The position numbers and the translations under genes are program-made. A stretch of DNA of 40,436 nucleotides from a virus. The notes below the pieces were generated by a model, which was given only the letters and a program-made list of their open reading frames with translations, was not told where the DNA came from and made no database searches. The stretch lies in the IMG/VR virus record IMGVR_UViG_3300045988_092566, positions 1-40,436 of that record; one strand, given 5' to 3'. Of the stretch, positions 7,677 through 16,434 are shown one piece after another. The number at the start of each line of letters is the position of its first letter. The stretch's first letter is position 1.

Positions 7677-7960
7677 TCATGGGATCGGATAGCAGAGCGA
7701 GCCGACGCAACCCTGATTGCTGCCAGCGGCTCCCATGTTCGCGCATCGGATGGTTCCGTTCGGGTTGACGACAAGCATTCTCGCCGTCTGCCCGTTCGAC
7801 ACGCACACCATCGCATTGACCTCGATAGGCGGGCGCAGTTCGGCGGGCAACACGTATTCGCATTGCACTGAATCCCAACTGCCACTACCGATATTGCCGG
7901 AATACTTGACGAGCATCATCATGCCGGTGCGGACGACCGCGAAGCCCTTCGCGTTATACA
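7677..7960 (-). other. Silent RBP C-terminal cassette C1 (about 95 aa)
   Basis: In frame from the S1 junction: SVTLYNAKGFAVVRTGMMMLVKYSGNIGSGSWD...CYPIP*. Confidence 0.8.
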
Positions 7961-7976
7961 GGGTTACGGAAAACTA
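7961..7976 (+). repeat. Recombination site S1
   Basis: GGGTTACGGAAAACTA. The CTA is the TAG stop of the currently expressed RBP. Confidence 0.85.
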
Positions 7977-8801
7977 CTGCTTCGCGTCGAAGACGTGGAC
8001 AGTCACGGCGATGCGATAGCTCAGCGATGTGCCGCTGGCGTTCCATGCGACAATCTGAAATCCTTTTGCCGAATGACTGTTCGTAATCATCGAGATGTTG
8101 TTGAACGACGGCACTTTGTTTTTAGCGTCATTCATCAACTGTAATTCGACGGAGTATGAATCCCAGTTTGCCGCTTCGATCGGCAGCTTGATGTCTATTG
8201 ACGTGTTCGTGTTCGGCTTGAAGATCATGGACGCGACGCGGTAGGCGTCATAGCCTCTAGGCCGCGCGACCACGACCCATTCACCCGACTGGGTTACGGA
8301 ATCCCACAGCTTCGACATGGGAGGCAGCTGTTTGATGAGCATGACCGGCGTGCCGGGCGTGATCCCGCTGATCGGGATGCGGGCGATCGGGATCCACACC
8401 GTGCCGGAGGCCGAGTGGATGCTGCCCGACGGGACGGTCGGATCGGCGGCCGTTCCGGTGTTTGGCGTGCCTTTGAGTACGGCGATGGCAGCGGTCTCGA
8501 TGTTCTGACCGTTCCGTGTGTATTTGAGGCAGACGAGGTCGTTGCGGTTCCGGCCGCTCACGCCGCTTTCGATGGTCGCGGTCTCGGCCTCGGTGACGCG
8601 CGCGTATCGTCCTTCGACCACGAGGTTGAGGACGGGGATCAGCGCGTGATTCGCATCCTGCATGGTCACCGTAGGGAAAGTGCCGTCGCTGCCCTGCAGC
8701 AGGTAGCTTCCGTTGCCGATGATTCCGGCTTGCATGGCGCCCATGTCGCCGCTGGTGATGTGCGGTGTGCCGCCCTTGCCTGTGATGAGCGTGGTGGTCA
8801 T
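7974..8801 (-). CDS. Tail receptor-binding protein: constant N-terminal 168 aa fused at site S0 to the currently active C-terminal cassette C0
   Basis: The 275-aa ORF lies directly after the Tal gene and a small Zn-ribbon gene. The internal site at 8291-8306 encodes WDSVTQ. The C-terminal 105 aa occupies the same position as the silent cassettes. Confidence 0.8.
   Translation of the reverse strand: MTTTLITGKGGTPHITSGDMGAMQAGIIGNGSYLLQGSDGTFPTVTMQDANHALIPVLNLVVEGRYARVTEAETATIESGVSGRNRNDLVCLKYTRNGQNIETAAIAVLKGTPNTGTAADPTVPSGSIHSASGTVWIPIARIPISGITPGTPVMLIKQLPPMSKLWDSVTQSGEWVVVARPRGYDAYRVASMIFKPNTNTSIDIKLPIEAANWDSYSVELQLMNDAKNKVPSFNNISMITNSHSAKGFQIVAWNASGTSLSYRIAVTVHVFDAKQ
8291..8306 (+). repeat. 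Recombination site S0, inside the expressed RBP gene
   Basis: GGGTTACGGAATCCCA shares the 11-bp core GGGTTACGGAA with S1-S5. Confidence 0.85.
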
Positions 8802-8802
8802 G

Positions 8803-9036
8803 TCAGTCCTTTCCCTCGGTAAGCCATGCCGTGTAGGCCGCGTCCTGCGTGGCGGCGAGTTTCTTGAATTCCTGCTGGCATGAGGTGCATGCCAGCGCCT
8901 CCTGCGTCACTCCGTCCGCGGTGGTGTGTTTGATCTGGTGCCAGTCGCTCGACGTGCGCGGATCTCCGTCGGTGAGGTATGCGCTGTCGTGGCAGCGGTC
9001 GCATGTGTATTTGGTGATGTTCGTGGTTTTTGCCAT
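8803..9036 (-). CDS. Small Zn-ribbon protein (77 aa; CDRC...CTSC)
   Basis: The RBS GAAAGGAACATC precedes the ATG at 9036. Two CxxC pairs are present. Confidence 0.6.
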   Translation of the reverse strand: MAKTTNITKYTCDRCHDSAYLTDGDPRTSSDWHQIKHTTADGVTQEALACTSCQQEFKKLAATQDAAYTAWLTEGKD

Positions 9037-9046
9037 GATGTTCCTT

Positions 9047-10675
9047 TCAGGCGAGTCTTTGCCAGACGTGTCCGCCGATGATGGTGTGGATTTCCTTCCA
9101 TGTGCCGCCATGGTCGTTGGGGTCTCCGGCGACGCACCAGTAGAGCGAGCCGATTGGGTGTGCGGCGAGGAAGGATGCCGCTGTCGCGCTGGATTGTGCG
9201 GTGATGGTGCCGTCCTGGCCGATGGTGATGGTCTTGCCATCGGGTTTGACGCCGCCGAGGGTGGCGGTGGATGCCACTGGCAGCGTGTACTTGTTCGCGC
9301 CGGACTGGATGCCGTCGAGCTTCTTCTTGTCTGCGGCGGCCATGAGCCCGTCCGCCGATGATGTGGCCTGTGCGACGGTGATGGCAGCCGTCTCGTCGGT
9401 GCGGGTCACTGTGACGGGAGCCGATGCAGTGATGTCCAAGATTCGCGCCTGCGCCGCGGCCAACGCGTTCTGCGCCGTGGTGGTGGCCGTGTCGGCTTTT
9501 ACGCCGGCCTGTTTGGCGAGGTCTCTGGCGCCTCCGATTTCGGCCGCGGCGTCGCTTGCGGCCTTGTTGGCTTCGGTGGCGGTTTTGCGGACCGTTTCGA
9601 GGTCGGCGGCGGTCACATCGGCGCTGAACGTCCAGTTGGAGAGGGTGAGGCCGCTGCCGGCGTAGTAGGCGTGGCCGTCTCCGGAGCTTGATCCACCGCC
9701 GCCGGTCTCGCCGGTCGATTCCGTGGATGCGGTGGTCGCATCGTAGGTTACGGTCGGGATGCCGTCTTCGATTTTGATGATTTTTTTGGTGATTTCGGCG
9801 GTGACCTTGATGCCGGTGGTGTTGTCGCGGCCGGTCACGGTGTCGCCCACGTCGAGGTCGATGCCGTCGGATTCCACATCCACGTCGATGCTGCCTGTAT
9901 CTCGCAGCTCCTGGAGCTTTGTCTTGCCTTTGGTCTCGAGTTCGGCGGCGTCGGCGTTGCTGAGCTCGTAGACGCTTGTGCGCTCGTCCGCGCCTTTGAT
10001 GGTCTGCGTGTGGCTGAGCGTGCCTTTCTGGTCGGCGTACCAGTGGACGACGATCCTGTCCTTGAGGTCGCCCTTGCCGAGGCAGATCAGGTGGTTGACC
10101 GGATGCGAGGCGAGGGTCGCGTCGAAGTCGATGAGGTCGGAGTCGATGAGGTCGCCGGCGGCCGTGATCGGCGGCGCGTCGACTGTCACGCCGTTCTGCG
10201 CTGCGGTGATGCGCAGCCGCAGTCCTGATGCGCGCAGCATCTTGGACAGGCCGCTCCACGCGTCGCAGTACCGGTCGAACTGCCAGTTTGCGGTTTTGGA
10301 TGTGCCTTCCGTGACGGTGAGGATGTCCTGCAGTCCGATACGGGAGATGACGGTGCGCAGGAGCGTGCCGATCGTGCCGCTCATGGTCAGGTAGTCCTTG
10401 CCCTTGTCGGGTTCGAGGATCTTCGAGGCGAGCAGGCCGTGCCAGTCGCGACCGTGGTAGGTGAGCTCGCCCTCGCCGCCGGTGACGCTGGTCTTCACGT
10501 CGTCGACGATGCCGCCCCAGCCGGTGCCGTCGACCCACCATCGGCAGCCTGGTTTCAGGCATGCCGGGCATTGGAGGTCGAAGTCGTTCTCCCCCGACCC
10601 GTATGCCAGGTCGAGCGTCCATGAGGCGTACGAGCCGGACGGCGTGCCGTTCGTGTCGGTGACGATCAGGTCCAT
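9047..10675 (-). CDS. Tal-like tail tip or baseplate hub protein with C-terminal fibre extension (542 aa)
   Basis: It follows Dit. The size and the C-terminal fibre-type repeats (LGGVKPDGKTITIGQDGTITAQ) fit this call. Confidence 0.75.
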   Translation of the reverse strand: MDLIVTDTNGTPSGSYASWTLDLAYGSGENDFDLQCPACLKPGCRWWVDGTGWGGIVDDVKTSVTGGEGELTYHGRDWHGLLASKILEPDKGKDYLTMSGTIGTLLRTVISRIGLQDILTVTEGTSKTANWQFDRYCDAWSGLSKMLRASGLRLRITAAQNGVTVDAPPITAAGDLIDSDLIDFDATLASHPVNHLICLGKGDLKDRIVVHWYADQKGTLSHTQTIKGADERTSVYELSNADAAELETKGKTKLQELRDTGSIDVDVESDGIDLDVGDTVTGRDNTTGIKVTAEITKKIIKIEDGIPTVTYDATTASTESTGETGGGGSSSGDGHAYYAGSGLTLSNWTFSADVTAADLETVRKTATEANKAASDAAAEIGGARDLAKQAGVKADTATTTAQNALAAAQARILDITASAPVTVTRTDETAAITVAQATSSADGLMAAADKKKLDGIQSGANKYTLPVASTATLGGVKPDGKTITIGQDGTITAQSSATAASFLAAHPIGSLYWCVAGDPNDHGGTWKEIHTIIGGHVWQRLA

Positions 10676-11493
10676 GGCGGTTCGCTCCTCTCTTCGATGG
10701 CGGTCAGGTCGAATTTGAATCCGCCAGCCCAGCTGATCGTGCTCATGCCGGGCGGCAGCGGTTCAAAGATGTAGGTTCCGGATCCGCGTCCGGTGCCTCG
10801 CACGGCTTTGCCGAAGAGGTTGGTGCGCAGGCCGGTGTCCGAGATCATCGTGACGGTTCTGCTATCGGAGGCCGCGTCGATTTCAAGTCTGCTGCCAGCC
10901 GGTATGGTCGCGTCGACCTCGTACCGGTTCGTGCCGATGATGATGTACGGGTTGACGCACGGGCCGAAGATCGTGAGCTTCACCGGCTGCGGCATGCCGG
11001 TCGCGTTGGTCACGGTGTCGAGGATGCTCATGCCGGCGTAGTCGTGCGGGTAGTCGTACGGGTAGTCGAGGTCGCCGCCGGCCTTGTCGGCTCGCGGATC
11101 GTGGTGTTCGGTGGTCCCGCGCCGCCACACGCCGTCTGCAAGCACGATGGTCAGCTGCGTCTCGACCATCGTGGGCGTGATGGACTGCGGCTCGCTCTTC
11201 GCGATCCACGCCCTGGTCTCCCATTCGCCGTCGGCCACGAGGGTGCCTGGCGTGCCGGCGGCCATGTCGGCGTCGGCGAGGCGGCGCAGCAGGTCGAGCG
11301 TGGCCGGAGAATCGTGGATCTTCACGGTGACTGTCGCCTCGCGTGCCTTGCGGGTGATGCCCGTCATGCCACGTGAGGCGAGGCTGTAGTCCCAGACGCG
11401 GGCTCGCAGTCCCGTGAGCGTTTCGCCGTACAGAGGCCCTTCGAAGCCGATTCGCTCACCTGTGGCGGCGCACGCGTATTCAAGCGATTGCAC
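10666..11493 (-). CDS. Distal tail protein (Dit-like), 275 aa
   Basis: It lies immediately downstream of the tape measure gene and overlaps its end. The size is typical for Dit. Confidence 0.7.
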   Translation of the reverse strand: MQSLEYACAATGERIGFEGPLYGETLTGLRARVWDYSLASRGMTGITRKAREATVTVKIHDSPATLDLLRRLADADMAAGTPGTLVADGEWETRAWIAKSEPQSITPTMVETQLTIVLADGVWRRGTTEHHDPRADKAGGDLDYPYDYPHDYAGMSILDTVTNATGMPQPVKLTIFGPCVNPYIIIGTNRYEVDATIPAGSRLEIDAASDSRTVTMISDTGLRTNLFGKAVRGTGRGSGTYIFEPLPPGMSTISWAGGFKFDLTAIEERSEPPWT

Positions 11494-14242
11494 TTCTCAC
11501 CTTCCTTGCGAAGTCGCGGTCCCCTATCGTCGGCGTGTATCGGGCGATGATCGATCCGAGGTCGTCGTGCAGCGATTCGACGGCCGCGATGAGTTCCCGC
11601 AGATCGCCGTCGCCGGCATTGGCGCCGGTGCCGGCCGTGACGTTCAGCCTGCCGGTCTTCGACCAGTCCGCGTCGGAGAGGCTCATCGTGGAGACGAGCG
11701 AATCCATGGAACGGCTGACCACATGCGCGGAATCGTCGATGCCCAATGCCATGCCACGTCCGACCATCACGCCGACCTCGTCGCGGAACACACGCGACGG
11801 CGAGTGGATGCCCAAAGCGTTCTTGGCCTTGTCCACCAAGCCCGACAACGCGTTGGTGATGCTGGAATACAACGAGCCGACCATTCCTGTGATGCCGTTG
11901 ATCAATCCCTGGATGATGTTGCGTCCCGCGCTGACGAGCCAGCTTCCCGCGCCGGACACCGCGCTCCGGACGGTTCCGCCGATCCCGCTCACGACGCTCC
12001 CGACACGGCCAACCATGTTGCTTACGGTGCCGACGATGCCGCCCCAGACGCTCGACACAATGCTTCCGACGCCATTCCACAACGCGGCCCACACGCTCCG
12101 GATTGTCGAGCATGCGGCGGATACCACTCCGCTGACCATGCCGATGCCGGCGGAGACGACGCCTTGGATGCCGCCCCACACTGCCGACACGATGCCCTGG
12201 ATGGCCGACCACGCGGCGCTCCAGTTCCCGTTGACGACCGCGAGCGCCAGTTGGATGATGCCTTGGATGACGGCGAGTGCGGTGCTGATGACTGTGGCGA
12301 TGATGGTCCATGCGCCTTGTACGACGGTGGATATGGTGTTCCAGAGTCCGTTCCAGACCGTGCTGATGATTGTGACGGCGGTTTGGAAGATGGTTTGGAT
12401 GTTCTGTATTCCTGCTTGCAGGAGTGGTGTGATGGTGGCGGTGAATGTTTGGATGCCGGTGATGATCGCGGTGAGCGCGGTCATGATGATGGGGCCGATC
12501 GTGTTCCAGACGTTTTGGAGGACGGTGGTGATGAGTGTCCATCCGGTTTGCCAGATTTGCTGGATTTGGCTCATGGTCTGGGTGATGAATATGGCGATGG
12601 CTTGCAGGATTGGCTGGCATGCGGTGCTGATCTGGTTCCAGATTCCCATGAACCATGTGGCGAAGCTGTTCCAGAGTCGTTTGCCCGTTTCGGTTTGGGT
12701 GAAGAACCATGTCAGTGCGGCCACGACCGCGGTGATGCCTGCGATGACGAGGACGAATGGGTTCGCGGCGAGGAGTCCTGTGAACAGTCCCCATGTGGTT
12801 CGCGCCGCGGTGGCGACTGTTTTGAACGTTCCGACGGCTGTCTGCACGATGCCGAAGTTGCCTGCGGTGGCTTTCAATGCCGGGCCGATGCCGCCGAGGT
12901 CGGTGGCAAGGTTGACGAATCCTGAGATGCCTTTTGCCGCTGTGGTGATTCCAGTGGCGCTTCTGCTGATGCCGTCCAATGCGGCTGGCAATGCTTTGAA
13001 GCCGGCTGATGCCGCGCCGATGCCTTTGCTGGCGAGGACGAACGCGGTGATTCCCTTGGCCAGCGGGATGATGCTGTCCGCGTGGGCCGACACGTAGTCG
13101 AGAAGACCTGACACGGCATGCAGGAGTGTTTTGAATCCGTCAGCGATTGCGGGCAATTGTCCTTTCGCCTGATTGTAGAGTTCGGAGAGCGGTCCGGAGA
13201 TGACGTTCCAGACGGCTCCGGCAGCTCCCGACAGGGATGAGCCGAGTTCCTTCAGATCGTCCTTGAGGGAAGCGAGATAGGAGGCGAACTGCTGGACGGT
13301 CTGGCTTTTACCGAGCTTGTCGAAGAAGGCGGTGACCGTGGGGATGGCCTGTTCCAATCCCTTCTGCAATCCCGCGCCGACCTTCTCCAGCGTCGGTTTC
13401 ACGGCGGCGGTGAACGTGTCGATGAGCGGAATGGCCTGGTTGAACAGTCCGCGCAGTCCGTTGAGGACGGGCGTGGCTGCGGTCTCGCCGAGTCGGCTCA
13501 ACGCGGCCTTCACGTTGGCCAGGGCGCCGGCGAACGTGGTGCCGGCGCTCTGGGCGGCACCGCCCAATCCTTCCTTCATGGCGTCGGCGAAGGTCTGGAA
13601 GTCGATCTTGCCGTCCGAGACCATGTCGGACACTTCGGCGCTGGTCTTGTTCAGGTGCTTGCCGAGCATCTGGAGGACCGGAATGCCGCTCGACATGAGC
13701 TGGAGCATGTCGTCGCCCTGGAGCTTGCCTCGCGCGGCGACCGATCCGAAGATCGTGCCGATGTCGGTGAGGCTTCTGCCGCTGATCTGCGCGGTGTCGG
13801 CGACGGTCTTGAGGACCTGTGTGAGCTCGCCGCCCTCCTTGACGCCGGAGGCCGAGAGGCTGGCCGCGACGGTCGCGGCGTCGCCCAGTCCGAACGCGGT
13901 GCCCTTGACGGATGCGAGCGCGTCGTTCATGATTTCGGTGACGCTTGCGCTGTCGTGGCCGAGGCCCTTGAGCTTGGCCTGCGCGTTCTCGATGTTGAGG
14001 GCGCGCGTGAAGCCGCCCTTGGCCGCGAGGGCGGTGATGCCGCCTGCGATGGTGGCGATCGCGCCTGTGCCGACCTTGCCGATCTTGCCGAACGCGCCGC
14101 CGATTTTCGAGATGAGAGTGTTGGAGCCTTTCCTGGAGGCTTTGCTGACGGCGTCGCCGATGTCGCCTTCGATGCTTTTGCCGAATCCTTTGCCGGATGG
14201 TTCGACGTGGACGTATACGACGCCGATGTCCTGTGCTGCCAT
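11480..14242 (-). CDS. Tape measure protein (920 aa)
   Basis: This is the longest ORF in the window. It has Gly/Ala/Ile-rich repeated TM-like segments and lies after the G/GT chaperones. Confidence 0.9.
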   Translation of the reverse strand: MAAQDIGVVYVHVEPSGKGFGKSIEGDIGDAVSKASRKGSNTLISKIGGAFGKIGKVGTGAIATIAGGITALAAKGGFTRALNIENAQAKLKGLGHDSASVTEIMNDALASVKGTAFGLGDAATVAASLSASGVKEGGELTQVLKTVADTAQISGRSLTDIGTIFGSVAARGKLQGDDMLQLMSSGIPVLQMLGKHLNKTSAEVSDMVSDGKIDFQTFADAMKEGLGGAAQSAGTTFAGALANVKAALSRLGETAATPVLNGLRGLFNQAIPLIDTFTAAVKPTLEKVGAGLQKGLEQAIPTVTAFFDKLGKSQTVQQFASYLASLKDDLKELGSSLSGAAGAVWNVISGPLSELYNQAKGQLPAIADGFKTLLHAVSGLLDYVSAHADSIIPLAKGITAFVLASKGIGAASAGFKALPAALDGISRSATGITTAAKGISGFVNLATDLGGIGPALKATAGNFGIVQTAVGTFKTVATAARTTWGLFTGLLAANPFVLVIAGITAVVAALTWFFTQTETGKRLWNSFATWFMGIWNQISTACQPILQAIAIFITQTMSQIQQIWQTGWTLITTVLQNVWNTIGPIIMTALTAIITGIQTFTATITPLLQAGIQNIQTIFQTAVTIISTVWNGLWNTISTVVQGAWTIIATVISTALAVIQGIIQLALAVVNGNWSAAWSAIQGIVSAVWGGIQGVVSAGIGMVSGVVSAACSTIRSVWAALWNGVGSIVSSVWGGIVGTVSNMVGRVGSVVSGIGGTVRSAVSGAGSWLVSAGRNIIQGLINGITGMVGSLYSSITNALSGLVDKAKNALGIHSPSRVFRDEVGVMVGRGMALGIDDSAHVVSRSMDSLVSTMSLSDADWSKTGRLNVTAGTGANAGDGDLRELIAAVESLHDDLGSIIARYTPTIGDRDFARKVRSAIA

Positions 14243-14284
14243 CGTGTTCCTTGCTGTGTGTCGGGATTCCGATGGCGGTCGGGA

Positions 14285-15015
14285 TCAGAGGTCGTCGTTG
14301 ATGTGGAAGTAGGCTTTGAGCCGTTCCCTGTCCTCGCGCTGCCGACGGGTGAGGCTGTGCGTCGGTGTCGGCTGGCGGAGGGGATCGTGCCCGTGGTTGA
14401 ACCATGGGCGTTTCTTTTGCTCGGGAGCGGTCAGCCATGCGGCCTGTTCGGCTCCGTCTGGCACGTAGACGGCGTTCTGCAACGCCATCCACGAGTGGCT
14501 CGTGTGGTCTTTGAGGATCTCGCGGGTCAATGCCCATGCGAGTCCCCAGTCGGTTCGCGGGCGGGCTCCCGCGATCCATTCCTGGAAGCGTACGGGCCTG
14601 TAGACCTGCCCGTACGCTTGGATCCAGTCGTAGGCTAACGCCGCGCGGTGGTTGTTCCAGAGGTGGGCGAGGTAAACGCTTTTGGGTCCAGTCCGGATTC
14701 GTCGGCCCACGCCTTCACCGTGGCGGTGAGGTAGGCCATCGGGCGTTTGGTCTTACGCAGCGCGGTCCAGAAGTTCGGCTGCGCGTTCTCGAAGTATGCG
14801 AGGAAGGCGGCCATGCACGCGCTGGTCTCCTCGTCGGAGAGCGTCGGCCTGCTCTTGACCAGGAGGATGGCCTGCACGAGTTCGATGGGCAGTTCCGCGT
14901 TGTTGAGGTTCGGCAGGTCGAGTTTCGCTCCGGCGACCTCGAGGTGCACGTCGGGCTTGAGCTCCTCCGCGTCGGTCAGGTCCACGTCCACGACATGGTA
15001 GGTGTTGTCGCTCAT
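14285..15015 (-). CDS. Tail assembly chaperone GT fusion, made by -1 frameshift at 14680-14686
   Basis: The downstream ORF 14285-14710 is in the -1 frame relative to the G ORF. It has no convincing start of its own. Confidence 0.7.
14635..15015 (-). CDS. Tail assembly chaperone G (126 aa)
   Basis: It lies between the major tail and tape measure genes. The protein is acidic. Confidence 0.8.
   Translation of the reverse strand: MSDNTYHVVDVDLTDAEELKPDVHLEVAGAKLDLPNLNNAELPIELVQAILLVKSRPTLSDEETSACMAAFLAYFENAQPNFWTALRKTKRPMAYLTATVKAWADESGLDPKAFTSPTSGTTTARR
14680..14686 (-). promoter_or_regulatory. Slippery heptamer C CCA AAA for programmed -1 frameshift
   Basis: Minus-strand CCCAAAA lies in X XXY YYZ register with the G frame, 45 nt before the G stop. 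Confidence 0.7.
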
Positions 15016-15102
15016 TTCGTCTCCGTTTCATGGTTATCGGCGGTTATGGGTAATGGTCCCGTGCGGTCGACCGCCATCGGCCGCACGGGAAGAATCAATG
15101 GG

Positions 15103-15750
15103 TCACTTGGCGTCTTCGGTGACGAGGCCCCACGCGTGGAACTGTTCGCCGTTAGTGCCCTTGAGCATCTTGAACGTCATGCTGAAGTTCATGATCTCGC
15201 TGGATTTCAGGCTCACGTCGTCACGGTCGGACACCTTCGCGTTGGTGCCGTACAGGAGGAAGGGACGGTCCTGCTGGTCGAGCGCGACCAATACGAGGAT
15301 CCATTCCTTCTTCAGGCCGGCTCCCTTGATGCTGATGCCGCCGTCGGATTCCACGTCCACGTCGAAGTAGGCGGACACCACGTCCTTGCGTCCCTCCATC
15401 GCGGCGAGCTGGAGCGTCCAGTAGCCCGGGTCCGTGTCGGACAGGACGATGTCGCCGTTGTGCGCCTTGTAGTCGGTGCTGTCGCCCGGCTCCGGATGCA
15501 GGACGGCGCCGTCCTCGGTGGAATAGCCGATCGGCTTCTTGTTGGACGGCGGCGTCCAGTTCACTCCGGTCGGGGCTACGAACGTGCTGTCGCCCTTGGG
15601 GAACAGGAACAGCGCGTAGTTCTTGATCAGGCGCACGTTGCCGGCGGTATTGCCGTTGGACACGTACCCATAGTCGGTCGATCCGTCCTGCAGGCTGGTT
15701 TCGGATGCCGTCTGTTCGACGGCGGTGGTTTCTTCGTTGTTGTCGGACAT
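15103..15750 (-). CDS. Major tail protein (215 aa)
   Basis: It lies upstream of the chaperones. The ATG is at 15750. The composition is typical of siphovirus tail tube proteins. Confidence 0.75.
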   Translation of the reverse strand: MSDNNEETTAVEQTASETSLQDGSTDYGYVSNGNTAGNVRLIKNYALFLFPKGDSTFVAPTGVNWTPPSNKKPIGYSTEDGAVLHPEPGDSTDYKAHNGDIVLSDTDPGYWTLQLAAMEGRKDVVSAYFDVDVESDGGISIKGAGLKKEWILVLVALDQQDRPFLLYGTNAKVSDRDDVSLKSSEIMNFSMTFKMLKGTNGEQFHAWGLVTEDAK

Positions 15751-15800
15751 TCGCCCATACCTTTCGTTCTTGCCCGTGTGGCGGCACGTCTTGTTGTGTT

Positions 15801-16199
15801 TCAGTTGACGGAGACCTCGAGCAGGAGCACGCCGTACGCGCACACCAGTCTCTTGTCCTCGTCGGTCATGCGTACCGGTCCGGATTCCAGTGACGCGCTG
15901 ATGAGCGGCGCGACGGTTCCGAGCCTGATGATCTCCCTCGCGATTGCGGCCCACAGGCGGGCGGCCTTGTCCCAGTCGCCCGTATGGTCCTCTTTCATGC
16001 AGCGCACGCCCAGCCGCAGTCGCACGTATTGGGAGATGGGAGTGCTCATGCCTTGCATGGAGTCGGCCAATGTGGCTTCCGTATAGGGCGGTTCGAGGTC
16101 GGATCGTTCGATGGTGTCGAACGTCACGTCCGGGAACAGCTCCCGCAGCCTGGGCAGGAGCAGCGGCTCCGTGCGCCGTGGGGTGACGGGGATGCTCAT
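15801..16199 (-). CDS. Tail terminator or tail completion protein (132 aa)
   Basis: Assigned by gene order. An ATGA overlap links it to the upstream gene. Confidence 0.5.
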   Translation of the reverse strand: MSIPVTPRRTEPLLLPRLRELFPDVTFDTIERSDLEPPYTEATLADSMQGMSTPISQYVRLRLGVRCMKEDHTGDWDKAARLWAAIAREIIRLGTVAPLISASLESGPVRMTDEDKRLVCAYGVLLLEVSVN

Positions 16200-16432
16200 A
16201 TGTGCATCCTCCCGAGCGTGTCCTCCAACGTGCCGTGCGCCTTCTCCACGGGTGCGGGGCAGAGGATGGCCACGCCGTTGCGGTTCGCGCCGTTATGGTC
16301 GCGCACCATGCAGCGGCTGTCGGTGACGGCCTCGTTGGCGGCGTCGCGCATGCGGTCCCGCAGGGTCTCGTTCTTCAATACCTGTTGGCTGAACGCCTTG
16401 CGGTTGAACACGAATCTGCATCGTTTGGCCAT
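16196..16432 (-). CDS. Head-tail joining or neck protein (78 aa)
   Basis: Assigned by gene order. The ATG is at 16432. Confidence 0.45.
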   Translation of the reverse strand: MAKRCRFVFNRKAFSQQVLKNETLRDRMRDAANEAVTDSRCMVRDHNGANRNGVAILCPAPVEKAHGTLEDTLGRMHI

Positions 16433-16434
16433 GT

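Noticed and set aside
6044-7976. In-frame TAG codons between cassettes being read through by a phage-encoded amber suppressor tRNA
   Set aside because: Neither tRNA-like element offers a CUA anticodon in any plausible loop. Several cassettes also end at other stops (TGA) before the TAG.
8907-10622. 571-aa Arg/His-rich minus-strand ORF overlapping the Tal-like gene
   Set aside because: It is an off-frame shadow of 9047-10675. Its extremely basic, low-complexity composition is not protein-like.
11364-14638. Many 300-520 aa ORFs on both strands within the tape measure region
   Set aside because: They are all alternative frames of the 920-aa tape measure gene. They have low-complexity compositions and no RBS.
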